From positions 243,722,001-243,786,000 of the forward strand of contig OZ024743.1 in NCBI GenBank assembly GCA_964016885.1: a DNA stretch of 64,000 nt, given 5' to 3'. The notes beneath the pieces are model-generated. The model was not told the DNA's origin, did no database searches, and saw only the letters and a program-made list of their open reading frames with translations. The position numbers were made by a program, and so were the translations under genes. The stretch comes from Eledone cirrhosa (Eukaryota). Shown here one piece after another: positions 60,935 through 64,000 of the stretch (positions are counted from its first letter, which is position 1; the number at the start of each line of letters is the position of its first letter).

Positions 60935-61039
60935 GCTAATAAATCTTATTCGTCGCACCACCGATTCTCCGTTTCTTATGTATTTTGCCACAGACCTAGG
61001 CATAATTATTTTGCTGTCATCCTTGTGAGTTTATAATAC

Positions 61040-61385
61040 ACGCATCGAACTGCTCAATCCGCAGAAGATTTTTCCAGAGGAGAGGAGCGGCATTGATCAA
61101 ACAATCACCCTATAGTCCCGACTTAAATTTGTGCGCTCGTTGGGTGTTCAAGTTATTAAAGCAACAAACATCTTTGAACATTTTATTTCGCTTCATTAGA
61201 AGAGGTGGTAGATGAATCGTTGCGCTGGTTTCGACAATTGCCGAAGGAACGGTTCCAGAAACAGTTAAATGCTTTGCATAAGTACCCAATGGAGATTATG
61301 TTTTGCAGAATAGATACATTTTAGTTTCAATGTGCTGTGCATTTTCATTTAAAGGATTATTCTAAAGACTTTATTACCACGCCAA
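61040..61385 (+). mobile_element. Decayed mariner fragment
   Basis: PYSPDL motif at ~61088 and GDYV at ~61291. Confidence 0.65.
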
Positions 61386-61433
<48 letters not shown>

Positions 61434-61632
61434 TTTTTCTTGCGAGTCAGTTCTTTCGTTGCTACGGTCCCCGCGGCTAAATTACCGCGGTCGCTATCTT
61501 CAATTTGCAAAGCCCTTTAAACTGTATGTTATTACTCTGAGGTCCTATACCTTGTCGAGTGCTTGGCTGCACTTCTGAATGCATTCGTCGACTTAGCTGC
61601 GGTTCGACCTTCGAATATGCTGTACTTTCATT

Positions 61633-61683
<51 letters not shown>

Positions 61684-61798
61684 CAAAGAAAGTGTGGTAA
61701 GGAACCAGGTGGACTATAACGCACCAGAGTATTCGATACTTAGTGTAGTAGAGTGGGTAACAGGAAAAGAGTCAGGACCCCGATATATATATATATAT

Positions 61799-61864
<66 letters not shown>

Positions 61865-62618
61865 TAGATGTATCACAAATTTCATCCATTTACATTCACC
61901 TTTACATCCTGGTATAAATAGACAGACGAGTAGGAAATGTACTTCTGTTATTCCACCATTGCGCACGTGAAACCAGAAGCTTCCAGGCTTACGACAGAAA
62001 GAATGGACAGCTTTTTAGATATGTCTTCTTAAAGACACGACTGTGATGAAATTTTAAGTTTGATTTTAGATTTTCTCCCCTTTGCAACTTGTTTGGAACA
62101 ACAAAGTTCCTTAATCCATAATCAACTCTTCTAGCATTTCACAGTCTCATCATCAACATATGGATTGTTGTTGACTTATTTTTACTGCCTCTTTTATAGG
62201 TCCCGTAACTTTGCGTTCCCCCACCCCACCAAAAGTGGATCGATAAAATAAGTACTAGGCCTGAAAAAAAAAAAGTACTGGTGCCGTTATGGTCGACTAA
62301 AATCTCTCCCTTTAAGGCGGTACCCCACATAACCACAGTTTAATGACTGAAATCAGTAAAATAATTCACTCACACACATACACACGCTCACACATACATA
62401 CATACATACATACATACATACATACATACATACATACATACATACATACATACATACATACACACAATGCACGTTTAAAAAAAAAACAGGGAGAACATGT
62501 ATAACATTTTTAAAATTAGTAAAAAAAAAAGAGTTACCCACCCCACATTTGTCAACTCTCCCCACCCGACGGAGAGATCTCCCACCCAATCTGGGGTGGG
62601 TGAGAGATGTCTTCTCTT

Positions 62619-62802
62619 CGGTGGATTGGCAGTATCGGTAGAGGGTCGGACGCCATGCTTTCCAGCATAGTTACGTCCCTTTACGATCTGAGTTCAAATC
62701 CCGCCGAGGTTGACTTTGCCTTTCATCCTTACGGGGTCGATAAAATAAAGTACCAGTAATGCACTGGGTAATTTCTGGCCTTGTGCCTAAAGTAGAAACA
62801 AT
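62619..62802 (+). mobile_element. tRNA-derived SINE, young copy (same family as 12047)
   Basis: Same A/B boxes and core. Confidence 0.88.
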
Positions 62803-63410
62803 TATGTAATATCTCCCTATTTTGCTTCATTTCTCCCCGTTTTGGTCCCCGTTTGGGTTTTTAGAGGTTGGCAGGTTAGCCACCCCCTTATAAACCACAA
62901 CCTGACCACCAATCGGGGTTACGTCTTTACTACAGTTAACAGATAACCTGGTGTATCTGTACATTAAACCATAAGAACCTTTATGTCCTGATTATCGACC
63001 CCGATTTCCTAGAGGTTATAAGATAGGATATATGGTTCAAGTACTTGCGAGAGTAGATAGACGTGCTTTTGAATCAAGATTTGACTTCTATTCAGCAGAT
63101 AAAAGATAAATGAACCTCGATGATCACTGTTCTAGTTAAACGGAACGGTACACTCTTTAAACTAACGTGTAAGTTACCTAGCATTCCAGGCACACTTATG
63201 CTCTTAAGGAGATTCCCTAAACTTATGGAGATTCATCTTTAAACAGTGTGTGATAAGATTGGCCCTTTGAAATACAATTACAGCCCAGTCAATGGGCTTT
63301 CAAACAGTTCCAGTCTATCCAAGTTCTCTCACAAAGTTTGGATCGACCCAAGGCTTTGTTAAAAGCCCTTGTTCAACATGCCACGCACTGGGATTGAACA
63401 TGCCTGTGTC

Positions 63411-63690
63411 CAGAGGCGTAGCTAAGGTATGGCAAGCATGACACGTGCCATGGGCGCCACATGAAGGGGGCACCACTTAAACTAGGGGCACGTTCTATTA
63501 AAGTCAAATAAGCCTCGTCGGAAAGTGGAAAAAGAAACTCCTTCAGATGTATGATGGGTGAGAACACTATGGTGGCTGGATCATTAAACCAGTTATATAA
63601 ATTATTAGGCCCATAGGTAAAAATACAGTGCTGGGCAGTGGCACAATTTCACTGCTTGCCATAGGCACTATTTCCCTAGTTATGCCTCTG
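63411..63690. mobile_element. hAT-type MITE
   Basis: TIRs cagaggcgtagctaagg / ccctagttatgcctctg; perfect 8-bp TSD cctgtgtc (63403-63410, 63691-63698). Confidence 0.9.
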
Positions 63691-64000
63691 CCTGTGTCCA
63701 CTCGTTAATTTAACCTGTAAGTGGCTGAGTATTCCACAGATACATGTTCACTTAACCTAATTCGGAACGAGATTCAGCGTGAAACAGCGTATGGAAATTC
63801 CAATTAAAGTCCACACAACGGGCTTCCACGCAGATTCTGTCAACTCGATTTCAGTCACGAAGCTTGGGTCGACCATTGGTCAATTTAAACAATGGGAATG
63901 AATTCGAAAAAACGTGGTTGCGAAGCGAACTCCTTAACCATATAACCTCGCTTGTGCCTAAATATTGAAAACAAACAAAATACACTGTCTGACGTCCATG

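Overview
AT-rich, repeat-dense eukaryotic DNA. The SINE and microsatellite content suggests a cephalopod (Octopus-like) genome; this is inference. Two spliced genes sit head-to-head with only 132 bp between their ATGs. One is a complete 4-exon NDUFB9 (+, 39955-46718, 142 aa). The other is the first 20 coding exons (~599 codons) of a FANCA orthologue (-, 39822 down to 509, continuing off the left edge). I assembled both by hand from GT-AG sites with consistent phases. The shared promoter carries E2F, CHR, ETS and ETS-CRE motifs. The rest is tRNA-headed SINEs, LINE/RTE and CRE fragments, LTR remnants, Merlin, Tc1/mariner, hAT and Helitron pieces, and minisatellites grown out of SINEs. There are also several long fold-back repeats and short TA-embedded Penelope-like elements, at least two with intact-looking type I hammerhead ribozyme folds. 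The long ORFs in the ORF track are tandem-repeat artefacts. Comparisons to human proteins and exon sizes are from memory and were not computed.
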